DNA of 64,000 nt, from NCBI GenBank assembly GCA_000146465.1, contig CP001948.1; one strand, 5' to 3'. The first letter of the stretch is position 1. Each line of letters opens with the position of its first letter. The notes beneath the pieces are model-generated. The model was not told the origin of the DNA and searched no databases. It worked only from the letters and a program-made list of their open reading frames with translations. Positions 40,346-49,159 of this stretch are shown piece after piece. A program made the translations under genes and the position numbers.

Positions 40346-41062
40346 TCACGAGCTCAGAAGAGCATTAAGGACAGAATATATGATTGTCTCTCGTCTAGAT
40401 CCATATGTTCTTTTAACCATGTATTTCTCTTTTATCCTGCTTATATGGGCACTAGATGCCGCTGCCTCCTTCTCTGTCATGCAGATGAGTATACTGTCTA
40501 TTGCCGAGCAAAATGTTAGGCACACAACAAGAGCTTCTGCTCTGTAGTCTATCTCTTTGCTACAGGTTAGATATTCCTTTATGTAATTTATCAACTCTAT
40601 CCTTATGTTGTAATCACTCATAGTAATCTTATTGAATATCAAGTTCTTATTTTCGACTCTACATATCCGTCTTTCTTCAAGATCCTTATAAACTCTTAGT
40701 CTGACATTTTTCATATGAACACTTCCTCCTCTTTTTTCTCCGTTGAGCCTGTACATGAGTTCGTCAGGAGGTAGCTGGACCTGATAAATCTTGCTCATCG
40801 CCTCTAGCAGAAGTGAATTGTTTAATGTATTGTCTTTCCCCACCACTCTGCCTTCTTTTAAGCCTATTGCTCCGCAAAGGGCAAGCTCAATCACTATGCA
40901 GGCCCTCAAAGACAAGGAAACGCGGTTGCATAGGAACTTAATCTCACTTCTTGTCCGAAGTAAAATTACAAGTTGCTCATATAGTCTAAGAGAGCCTTTT
41001 GTTTCTATATGTTGAGAATGCTCACGTTTCCGTGTTGACATTGATTCCATCCAGGGCCCCAT
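40346..41062 (-). CDS. GOLPH3/Vps74 (GPP34) family Golgi phosphoprotein
   Basis: LRLYEQLVILLRT...LRACIVIELALCGAIGL...LLLEAMSKIYQ follows GOLPH3 blocks (LTLMEEVLLLGLKD...LRGCMLIELaLrGRi...LLDEALKhi). Confidence 0.6.
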   Translation of the reverse strand: MGPWMESMSTRKREHSQHIETKGSLRLYEQLVILLRTRSEIKFLCNRVSLSLRACIVIELALCGAIGLKEGRVVGKDNTLNNSLLLEAMSKIYQVQLPPDELMYRLNGEKRGGSVHMKNVRLRVYKDLEERRICRVENKNLIFNKITMSDYNIRIELINYIKEYLTCSKEIDYRAEALVVCLTFCSAIDSILICMTEKEAAASSAHISRIKEKYMVKRTYGSRRETIIYSVLNALLSS

Positions 41063-41182
41063 TGGTTGTGATTATTGTTGTAGACTGGTTGGTTTTGAAG
41101 TAGCCAATTGCAATGCTTCTAAACACCATTAGGCACAGAACCTTATCCTTGAAATTCCTTTTGCTCTACGAGCTCCTTAGAA

Positions 41183-42295
41183 ATGCCAAAGACCCCAGAG
41201 CTCAAAAGATTGACTGTGTATGATATCCAGAGGATCTTATGCTGGGCATTTAATCTGGCCAAGAGACCTTCATTTCTCCCCTTAAAGGCAAGCGATCGCC
41301 CAAGCACAATAAATATCATTAAACTAGAAGAGACTCCAGAAAGCATCTCAAAGCTTTTGTCAAAACTCAAGATAGAGCATATTGCACTTGTGAACGAGCG
41401 GTTGCCATTGAATAGCATTGTAGAATGTATTCAAAGAGATGGAGGATACGATAGTATTGTCCCATCTCTTGAATATGTAAGAATGGAGAATCTAAAGTTC
41501 ATTCCTATGGTAAGATTTGAAGACATATGTTCCTCAGGAATATTCGTCGATGATAAGAGATCCTTGCTGGAAATCGATCCAAGTAAATATAGAAGGGCTC
41601 GTATACCTAGCTCCTATGATATAATCGCACTGGATATAGAAAAGGTCAAAACACAGAGGGGAAAGGATCCAGGAAGAATAACAATGGTTGATTCTAATGG
41701 AAACGCTGTCTACGACAAAATAATCAAGCCAAAAGAACCTATACTAGATTATCTAACCAGATACAGTGGTTTGACAAAAGAGATAATCGATAAGGGAATT
41801 GATGTTGAAGTTGTCCGAAACGAAATTTTCGACTTTATTGGTACAAACACTGTGATTGTAGGGCATGGGATTGAAAACGACTTGAGTTCCCTAGAGTTGT
41901 ATCACAACAAAATAATAGATACGGCACATCTGTTCCTGAATCCATCTGGAAGAAAGATATCTCTTGCACAACTAGCAAAAATATATCTTTCCAAGGACAT
42001 CCACGCAGAAACACATGACTCAAGGATAGATGCAACCACTTGTCTTGAACTTCTTTCGATGAAAGTACAATACATGCTCAGGATAACAGATCCAGAAAGT
42101 CCAAAACTAAAACTACAGGCAAAAACAAAAAGAAGATGCATTCTCGACATCTTAAAGCATAACAGAGGATATCTTAACATAACAGCTTGTAGCTACCGGG
42201 ACTTGGCCAAATCCTTGAGATCCTACAAGAAGACCAAAGAATGTCTCTGGATGTTAATCTACGAGATTGATAATAATGTCTACCTAAGCTTCTAA
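41183..42295 (+). CDS. DEDDh 3'-5' RNA exonuclease (REX1/REX3/REX4-like)
   Basis: Exo I is IIALDIEKV. The next block is RITMVDSNGNAVYDKIIKP...DYLTRYSGLTKEI. Exo II/III is TVIVGHGIENDLSSLELYHNKIIDTAHLF. These match the REX family (ALDCEMV...DY.T..SGIT...tILVGHSLENDL.AL...H..VIDT). Confidence 0.6.
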   Translation: MPKTPELKRLTVYDIQRILCWAFNLAKRPSFLPLKASDRPSTINIIKLEETPESISKLLSKLKIEHIALVNERLPLNSIVECIQRDGGYDSIVPSLEYVRMENLKFIPMVRFEDICSSGIFVDDKRSLLEIDPSKYRRARIPSSYDIIALDIEKVKTQRGKDPGRITMVDSNGNAVYDKIIKPKEPILDYLTRYSGLTKEIIDKGIDVEVVRNEIFDFIGTNTVIVGHGIENDLSSLELYHNKIIDTAHLFLNPSGRKISLAQLAKIYLSKDIHAETHDSRIDATTCLELLSMKVQYMLRITDPESPKLKLQAKTKRRCILDILKHNRGYLNITACSYRDLAKSLRSYKKTKECLWMLIYEIDNNVYLSF

Positions 42296-42309
42296 TACAT
42301 CTTTATTTA

Positions 42310-45252
42310 TCATCTCTCTACCCATTCACCTTTACCAGGTTTGTCCAATACGATAACATCACAAAAGTCTTCAAAGAGGTCCTCTACCCCCAGAGGAGTT
42401 ATCAGGATACCTTGGAACCCACTTTCTTGGAAAAAATCCAGAAGTAGTCTTATGGCTTGTTTTCTATTTAGATCATCCATGAACACATCGAACTCATCAA
42501 GGATCTTAATGGGACATGAAAGTGAAGGCCAAAGGGAGAGAAGCAACGAAACACATGCGAAAGATCTTTCTCCACCTGAAAGCATGCTTCTAGATCCTAC
42601 CGAGGTCTCTCCATCAACCTTCATCTTTACATCCAGTCTTTTCTTATCGTGATTAAATTCCAGAACTCCTTCATATCCCCTAGCTTTCGTTACCCTAGAA
42701 AACTCCTTGGCTGCATTATTGGCAATCTCTTTCCGCATAAAATCTCTTTTGGCTATTCTCGCTGTGATGTTTTCAAGAGTCTTTTCTATTTTTCCATTAT
42801 GTTCAGAAAGAAGGTCTTCTTTTCCCTTTTTGGCTTTCTTTAGATGAGCCACAGTAGCTAATGCCTTTTCTTCATCATCGATTCCTTTGCACATGTCGAT
42901 TTGTGCTTGGATCGAAACTATCTCTCTTCTGACTTCGTCTTCTGTCCTTGATTCTATTTCCTTCTTTCCACTCTTGAGGAGTATGCCTTTTTCTGCATTG
43001 TAAAGATCCACCTGCTTTAAATGTTCTTCTTTTAGCTTAACAACTTCCCCTCGTGACACTCCCATCTTTCTCTCAATGCTTGAGACTTCTGCGCTCTTCC
43101 TGTAAATCTCCTGTCTTAGCTTTTCTGTGTTTTCCACCTTATGCTCTTTGATCTCCTTGTACTCTTTTTCCAAAATTTCAATCTCCTTGTTAATTTCATA
43201 TTGCTTCTTTTCTAACAATGAGATTTGATTCTCAAGGCTTTTCGTTTCTTCATAAAGGTCATCGTTCTGTACAACTTCCATTTGTGCATTATATATCTGT
43301 TTTTCCTGGTTCATCTCAATCTCCAGAGTCTTGCAAGTCCTTTGAAGACCTTCTATCTTCTCTCGGACTTTCTCCATCTCATTGCTTATCTCCTCCAGCT
43401 TCTTCCCCCAGCTTTTCTCAATCCTCCCCTCCACTAGGTTCTTCATCTCTGCCCTACACCTTTCAAGCTTTTCACGTGTGTTCTCAAAATAAAACCTGTC
43501 TACTCCCCTTGTAACAAAATCAGACATACTTCCCCCAACTAGCCTAATCTTGTCTCCGTTCTTTGTATATGCACACTCTACAGATGCAGGTCTTGATCTT
43601 ATTATTTCATAAGCTTCCTTCCGATCCTCAACCAGAATCGTCTGCTCAATAGAGGCTGTTATTATCAGATAATTTATCACAAACGGGCTTCTTACCTCAA
43701 GGATATCAAGCACTGTCTTGTATTTCTCGTTTGCCCGGTATTTTATAACATTTGGTTCCTTGCTTGAGAGTGTCGAAATTGGAAAGTCTACTTTATGCTT
43801 CCTAAAGATTCGGAGCAAAATGTCTTTGTCTCTTTTATCCATTATAATAAAGGTTGACAAGAAGTTATTTAGTACAATGCTAACAGCCTTACTCCACTTC
43901 TGTTCCTTGAGTTTTACCTCAAATCCAATCGGACCGATAATCTTTCCATTGAACCTGGTTTTTGAGATCTCATCTATAACATTAGGGAAGTTGGGCCCAA
44001 AAAAACTATTCTTATCATTCTTGGAGTAAAATTCAATCTGCCTCCTAAGATGGAAAATACGGCCTTGCCTTTCGGAAATCATTTCCTCTTCCTCTCTCGC
44101 CTTCGCTCTGCATTCCTTAGCTCTTTCCTCAAGACTTTCCAGTATCCCATTCTGAGACTCAATTTCAGATGCCGCTTCCTTGTGCTTTTCCTCAAGTTGG
44201 GGAAGTAAGTTTTTCACCGTTCCGTCTTGTTTCTCAAAATCAGAAATAATTCTCTTCTTAAAGTCCCTTGCTTCTTTCAATTCCTCGCAGTCATTTCCTA
44301 TTTCTCTGTGCTTCATTCTTAGTTTACCAATCGTCTCATCAATCTCTTCCCTTCTTTTATCCTTGCTCTTTTTCTTTTCTCCTTCCGAGATTTCAATACT
44401 GACTAGTTTCTCCTGGGCATCCTTAACAACTCGAGTAAGCTCTTCCATTCTTTCACTATCTCTGTCCATCTCCTCTTGTTTGCTTTGGAACTTCTCAAAA
44501 CACTTCTCCATCTGTGCCTTTCTTTCATTTACCTTTGCCCACAATATTTCTTCCTCTAATTCAAGAATGGCTTTTTCCATGGCTTTAACACTCTTGATCC
44601 CCTCAAGCCTTCCTTCCTCATCCTTTATCTGTTTGTCGATGCCTTTCAGTTCCTCATCAACAAGGTTTATTCTTTTTCTCATCGCATCTACACTGCTCAT
44701 CGACTCATCATTCAGCTTGCATATCTCGGCAATCTCCGTCCCTTCCATAAACAGTTCATAAAGTGTCTCTGCGTTCGTCATATTCAAGAACTTCTTGGCT
44801 TGCTCTTGTGAAAGGAAGTTCAGAGGATTCTCAAATCTTAACGAAAAAAATTCCAGAACTAGCTCCAGATCCTCTTTTCTTGTCGACCAGACTTTTCTTT
44901 CCCCATTTACGATACTGCTAGTGGCCGACTTCAATCCAATTCTCTTCTCAATAATGATTGTTCCTCCAAAGAACTCCCTTTTGAATCCCCTATGATTCTC
45001 CAATACAACTCTTACAACAGCATTGGACTCCCCACTCTTGATCATATCTCTGAAACAACTTCCTCGTTCCAGATTGTATGCTCTCTGCCCAAGCACCAAT
45101 CCAATTGCAACCATTATTGCACTCTTTCCCGATCCGTTACATCCTGTCACTATCGTTAGAGGCTTTCTTAGATTAATGAGAAGATGGTCATGGCACATGA
45201 ATTTTATGAGTTCGATAGAGGCTATTGTTTTCTTAAACTTCTCGCAACTCAT
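42310..45252 (-). CDS. SMC6: structural maintenance of chromosomes protein SMC6
   Basis: N-terminal Walker A TIVTGCNGSGKSAIMVAIGLVLGQRAYNLERGSCFRDMIKSGE (SMC6: [22 protein letters not shown]...RGSSLKGFVKDG). Long coiled coils follow. The C-terminal signature LSGGERSFACVSLLLSLWPSLSCPIKILDEFDVFMD matches SMC6 LSGGERSFSTVCFILSLW...FRCLDEFDVYMD. Confidence 0.8.
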   Translation of the reverse strand: MSCEKFKKTIASIELIKFMCHDHLLINLRKPLTIVTGCNGSGKSAIMVAIGLVLGQRAYNLERGSCFRDMIKSGESNAVVRVVLENHRGFKREFFGGTIIIEKRIGLKSATSSIVNGERKVWSTRKEDLELVLEFFSLRFENPLNFLSQEQAKKFLNMTNAETLYELFMEGTEIAEICKLNDESMSSVDAMRKRINLVDEELKGIDKQIKDEEGRLEGIKSVKAMEKAILELEEEILWAKVNERKAQMEKCFEKFQSKQEEMDRDSERMEELTRVVKDAQEKLVSIEISEGEKKKSKDKRREEIDETIGKLRMKHREIGNDCEELKEARDFKKRIISDFEKQDGTVKNLLPQLEEKHKEAASEIESQNGILESLEERAKECRAKAREEEEMISERQGRIFHLRRQIEFYSKNDKNSFFGPNFPNVIDEISKTRFNGKIIGPIGFEVKLKEQKWSKAVSIVLNNFLSTFIIMDKRDKDILLRIFRKHKVDFPISTLSSKEPNVIKYRANEKYKTVLDILEVRSPFVINYLIITASIEQTILVEDRKEAYEIIRSRPASVECAYTKNGDKIRLVGGSMSDFVTRGVDRFYFENTREKLERCRAEMKNLVEGRIEKSWGKKLEEISNEMEKVREKIEGLQRTCKTLEIEMNQEKQIYNAQMEVVQNDDLYEETKSLENQISLLEKKQYEINKEIEILEKEYKEIKEHKVENTEKLRQEIYRKSAEVSSIERKMGVSRGEVVKLKEEHLKQVDLYNAEKGILLKSGKKEIESRTEDEVRREIVSIQAQIDMCKGIDDEEKALATVAHLKKAKKGKEDLLSEHNGKIEKTLENITARIAKRDFMRKEIANNAAKEFSRVTKARGYEGVLEFNHDKKRLDVKMKVDGETSVGSRSMLSGGERSFACVSLLLSLWPSLSCPIKILDEFDVFMDDLNRKQAIRLLLDFFQESGFQGILITPLGVEDLFEDFCDVIVLDKPGKGEWVER

Positions 45253-45403
45253 TCCTAAGGCCTTTTCTTTTCCAGCCTAAATCCAGCCTCGAAAGTTCCA
45301 AATAACATTGAAAAAGATAAAGTATCCGAAGAATGATGGATGGACTTTACTTATATTAGGAGTAGGGTGTTGATGATTAAACAGGAATTTAATAGCATCA
45401 TAT

Positions 45404-46045
45404 TTAAGCCAGGGACGAGTACTTTCCAAAAGATGGTCTCATGTAGGATCCCCCACTAGGGAAGAACCCAGCTTTCTCAGATGACTTGGATGCATTGTCT
45501 TTCTCCATTCCATTCTCTCCCTCAGCCTGTTCTTGGCCTCCTTCTAATCCAGAGTCTTCTCCTCCCTTGGCCTCTTCGCTTGCCTTTTCATCCTCAGGAG
45601 TGGTTGGCTTCTCCTTACCCTTTGCGCCCTCTTTGCTTTCAGGTGTCTTAGCATTAGCATTACCTGCTTTCTTTGTCATATTATTGTATCCCTCCATGTA
45701 GGAGAAGTCGGGCTTTGGAATGAATTTGTTGGAAGCCCCAAACCTTTCCGATGCAAATGCCACCCTATCAAGGCTCTCAAGGACTGGCCCTGGGACAAAC
45801 TTGACCTCATAGGGGTTGACATAGGTTGTTGTTTCACGTACAATGGCCAAACCGTTCTCAAGTACCATCTTTCTAGTCATCTCTGGAGTAAAAGTATCTT
45901 TCATGGTCGTCCTGGTAACTAGATATTCATTCTGATAGTTACTGTCACTATCCCCAGCGAACTCTTCCTTTCCAGAAGTGGTCTTTTCCGAGGCAGCAAC
46001 CTTGTACAGGTAACAGGCGGCCAGCTTGAATGTGGTAAACTTCAT
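45404..46045 (-). CDS. hypothetical secreted protein: N-terminal signal peptide, C-terminal K/E/G-rich low-complexity tail
   Basis: From the internal Met, MKFTTFKLAACYLYKVAASEK is a typical cleavable signal peptide. The tail is ...KAGNANAKTPESKEGAKGKEKPTTPEDEKASEEAKGGEDSGLEGGQEQAEGENG. I recognise no family. The ORF extends to 46114. Confidence 0.4.
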   Translation of the reverse strand: MKFTTFKLAACYLYKVAASEKTTSGKEEFAGDSDSNYQNEYLVTRTTMKDTFTPEMTRKMVLENGLAIVRETTTYVNPYEVKFVPGPVLESLDRVAFASERFGASNKFIPKPDFSYMEGYNNMTKKAGNANAKTPESKEGAKGKEKPTTPEDEKASEEAKGGEDSGLEGGQEQAEGENGMEKDNASKSSEKAGFFPSGGSYMRPSFGKYSSLA

Positions 46046-46290
46046 AGTCTTGAGATTATGAAAATCGTGGTTTAAATAGTTTTTCTTGCTCTTACAATGT
46101 TTTGGATCTACCAATAGTCCACGGGCCTATGCCTGAAACACTTCTCAGATTGATCCACCTATTCTTCTTGCAGTGTCTGTTATGGAGTCTTAATGGATAC
46201 AGATCACATAGACCAAGCTTTTCTTCTGGCCCTGTTAAGCAGACCGGGCTTATATCATGGATTTTATACTTGGAAATTAAGGCCCTTGAA

Positions 46291-47178
46291 ATGGTAGTAC
46301 AGGAGAGGAAAGACAACCTTCCTCCAAAGGGACTAAGAAATAGAGGGAACACTTGTTTCTTCAACTCGGCAATGCAATGCATTCTATCGATCGGCGAGCT
46401 CAACACCTTCTACAAGAACACGGATTTCCCAAAAGAAAAAGTAATATCTAATGCATTTAAACAATTCATATCGGAGTATGAAAGTCGGGGACACAACGAC
46501 CCAAAGAGTCTTATCGATAAGCTTAGTACAAAGATAAAGCTGTTCAACGGGATGCAGCAGGATTCCCATGAGTTTCTTATTCAATTCATTGATCTGTTGT
46601 ATACGGAATCGGATAGAAACAAAGGTAGATTTGAATCAAGAGAAGAGTTTGAGGAGGTTCGGAAACACAATCTGATTGCAAAGACTTTGTTTTCGATGGA
46701 TAGACAGGTATTAACATGCGAAGCATGCAGTTATTCCTCTGTGACACTTGCTATAAACAGCACGATTCTTGTAGAGCCCCGTGAGACTATCCAACTAGGA
46801 ATAGACCAGTGTTACGAAGAGGTGAAGCTTGAGGGAAAGGATGCCTGGAAATGCGACAAGTGTGGAAAAAAGAAGAGCTCTAAAAAGAAGATAGAGATTC
46901 TTGTTCATCCCGAAGTTCTAATAATTCATATCTCAAGATTCCATCCACAAGGGTGGAAGAATACAGCAAGTGTCAATATTGATGACACATTGTTTTTCAA
47001 CAATAGAAAATACAGTCTTTTTGGGGTTGTTTGCCAGAATGGAACTCTGAGCGGAGGACATTATTTTGCAGAGGCCAAAAGATCTGGTACATGGAATGTG
47101 TACAATGACGAGCAGGTGACAAAAGGCTCCAAGACCTACAGTGGAGCACATCCTTACATAGTTTTCTATGCTCTTTAA
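46291..47178 (+). CDS. ubiquitin carboxyl-terminal hydrolase (USP/UBP, peptidase C19), catalytic core only
   Basis: Cys box is GLRNRGNTCFFNSAMQCI. His box is GGHYFAEAKRSGTWNVYNDEQV. A zinc-ribbon-like CEAC...CDKC lies between them. The ORF extends upstream to 46102, and the start is set at Met 46291. Confidence 0.75.
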   Translation: MVVQERKDNLPPKGLRNRGNTCFFNSAMQCILSIGELNTFYKNTDFPKEKVISNAFKQFISEYESRGHNDPKSLIDKLSTKIKLFNGMQQDSHEFLIQFIDLLYTESDRNKGRFESREEFEEVRKHNLIAKTLFSMDRQVLTCEACSYSSVTLAINSTILVEPRETIQLGIDQCYEEVKLEGKDAWKCDKCGKKKSSKKKIEILVHPEVLIIHISRFHPQGWKNTASVNIDDTLFFNNRKYSLFGVVCQNGTLSGGHYFAEAKRSGTWNVYNDEQVTKGSKTYSGAHPYIVFYAL

Positions 47179-47335
47179 CAATGGCGACAAATACCTTACT
47201 ATCCTCTCCCGCTTGGAAGTTGCTCATTTGATTTGTCTTTCCTTGTCTTCAAAGACCTGGAGTGATTTGCCAAGAGATGGTAGTCTTATTGGTGTTCTGG
47301 GGGTACAAAAGCAATGATTCCGGATTCCAAAGCCG

Positions 47336-48142
47336 ATGGTATTTTGTATGGAAAACTTCTGGAGCATAGTTCCATGCAGGAGTAAAAGAGAGGAGAAGGT
47401 TATTAAAAGTACCTATCTAAAGAGCTATGAGGCAACTCAAAGTGAATGTGAATCGGATTTTTTTTCCGATAGCGGTGGACTTGACGAAGCACGTGGGAAG
47501 GACAACTCCCGACGGATGAAAAGAAATGAAAGAAATATTTCTAAAAAAATCCGGAAAACAAGTTCTAGCATGGTTTCAGAGCCAAGAATCGATGAAAAGA
47601 AGAAACAAAAGCCAAGGACCAATAGTACTGTGAGTAGCGAGGAACTTTGGAGTGGTGAGGATGAAGAAATAGTTGATCAAACAGAGTCTTTCAGCGGATT
47701 CAAAGAAAGGAAAAGAGATAGGAATAGAAGAGGGAAGTCGGAAGGTAATAGAGAAGTCTCTTCAGAGGATTCACACTTTGAAGACATCCAGGGCCCGAGG
47801 AGATCTTCTAGGACAATAGATGCATCTGCCAAGAAGACCGAGATACTTGAGAAGTATAGAAGTAGGATATATCGTGACAACAAAAAATCCCGCGATCCCG
47901 AGGATATTTCAAGGGAATCTGGAATCGAATCAAACGATTATGGAAAAGAGGAAAGGTTTTCTAAGTCGCAAGGGCTTAATAGATTTGGAGACTCCAAAGT
48001 AAATGAAAGAGATGCCCGCAACTTTGATGATAGCGAAAGCGAAATCAACTTTATAATGGACGTATACGACAAATCATCACTGAATAATAGCTTGAGAGAA
48101 AAGATGTTTGAATACCTTAACCAAATAGGGAGGAAAGGATAA
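47336..48142 (+). CDS. hypothetical highly charged (K/R/E/S-rich) low-complexity protein
   Basis: ORF only. Its composition resembles nucleolar or chromatin-associated disordered proteins. Confidence 0.3.
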   Translation: MVFCMENFWSIVPCRSKREEKVIKSTYLKSYEATQSECESDFFSDSGGLDEARGKDNSRRMKRNERNISKKIRKTSSSMVSEPRIDEKKKQKPRTNSTVSSEELWSGEDEEIVDQTESFSGFKERKRDRNRRGKSEGNREVSSEDSHFEDIQGPRRSSRTIDASAKKTEILEKYRSRIYRDNKKSRDPEDISRESGIESNDYGKEERFSKSQGLNRFGDSKVNERDARNFDDSESEINFIMDVYDKSSLNNSLREKMFEYLNQIGRKG

Positions 48143-48186
48143 GATATATTACATCCATTAAACCTAGTCTCTAAAATCTGCTTCTT

Positions 48187-49152
48187 TTAATTCTGTTCCA
48201 TCTGAACAGGATGGACAAGCCTTTCCTGATTTCCAACAAATATATTTCTTATTTTATCGCTCTGCTTCTCGCCTAAAGGTCTGGAATTCTTTCCATCGGA
48301 GTCCCAGACTTTAAATTCCTTTAGCAATCCGCTGTTGTCCCCTTTAAGAAATGAATGGAGATTACTAATGCTTTGGAAGTGAAGAGATAGGCTACGGGCT
48401 GCATTTATTCCTATTCCCGGAATGTTCTGTAAAACATTTTGGAGATGCTCAATCTTTTGATTTGAAGAAAATGTCTTTGTTTTTGGTACGTGGACGCTCT
48501 CTGAATACAGATGCCTTACTATGGCTTTCAGTTCTCGAGGAAGATCCTCAGGATCATCGATAAAGACAAAGTTTCTACCGTTCTTGATTTGTGTGAGATA
48601 GATTTCCTCCATCTTTTTTTCATATTCATTTTTCTTCCTGACGTATTTTTTTCCTTCTTCCAATGCTTTTCTATATTCCTTGTCTTCTCTCGCTTTTACA
48701 GAACTCCGATATTTGTTTCTGTTCACTACAAAAGAGATGTTGCGGCCACAAGCCTCAATTCCATCCTTTTCCAAATCGATAACTCCTAGAGAATATACTG
48801 TCTTATGGTTATTACATTCAACTATCTCTAAGGACTGGTCCGCGGAAAACTTGTAAACAAATTTCCGGTCCTTTATCTTGTTTACAAACCTCTCTAAGGT
48901 TTGAGGAAAGACAAAGTAATGGTTTGCAAAGGCCGAGTCAAGATTCTTCGGAAATGAATTCTGCTGTGTTTCTGAGGATGCCTTTAGCTGAGGAGCATTA
49001 GATATGGAGAGTGGAATGTCGAGAATGGTAATCGAACTGTCGGTATCGGGGACGTTTCCTGAAGATCTTTCATTCCCTACACTGCTCCTTTCCAAATATT
49101 CCATGAGATTTACATGCTGGCTGTTCATCAAAAGCCCCCAAAAACTTCTCAA
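48187..49152 (-). CDS. HhH2-containing protein, candidate Eme1/Mms4-like partner of a structure-specific endonuclease
   Basis: C-terminal LQNVLQNIPGIGINAARSLSLHFQSISNLHSFLKGDNSGLLKEFKVWDSDGKNSRPLGEKQSDKIRNIF resembles the EME1 tandem helix-hairpin-helix tail (L..IPGVSEEIAQAI...YPTMRSL...LLAELKVRRGEG...RRIGPELSRRIY). Confidence 0.4.
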   Translation of the reverse strand: MRSFWGLLMNSQHVNLMEYLERSSVGNERSSGNVPDTDSSITILDIPLSISNAPQLKASSETQQNSFPKNLDSAFANHYFVFPQTLERFVNKIKDRKFVYKFSADQSLEIVECNNHKTVYSLGVIDLEKDGIEACGRNISFVVNRNKYRSSVKAREDKEYRKALEEGKKYVRKKNEYEKKMEEIYLTQIKNGRNFVFIDDPEDLPRELKAIVRHLYSESVHVPKTKTFSSNQKIEHLQNVLQNIPGIGINAARSLSLHFQSISNLHSFLKGDNSGLLKEFKVWDSDGKNSRPLGEKQSDKIRNIFVGNQERLVHPVQMEQN

Positions 49153-49159
49153 TTTATCT

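Noticed and set aside
44180-44761. 193-aa Ser/Leu-rich plus-strand ORF
   Set aside because: It is antisense to the SMC6 coiled-coil region. A Ser/Leu-rich reverse frame is what a K/E-rich coiled coil produces on the opposite strand.
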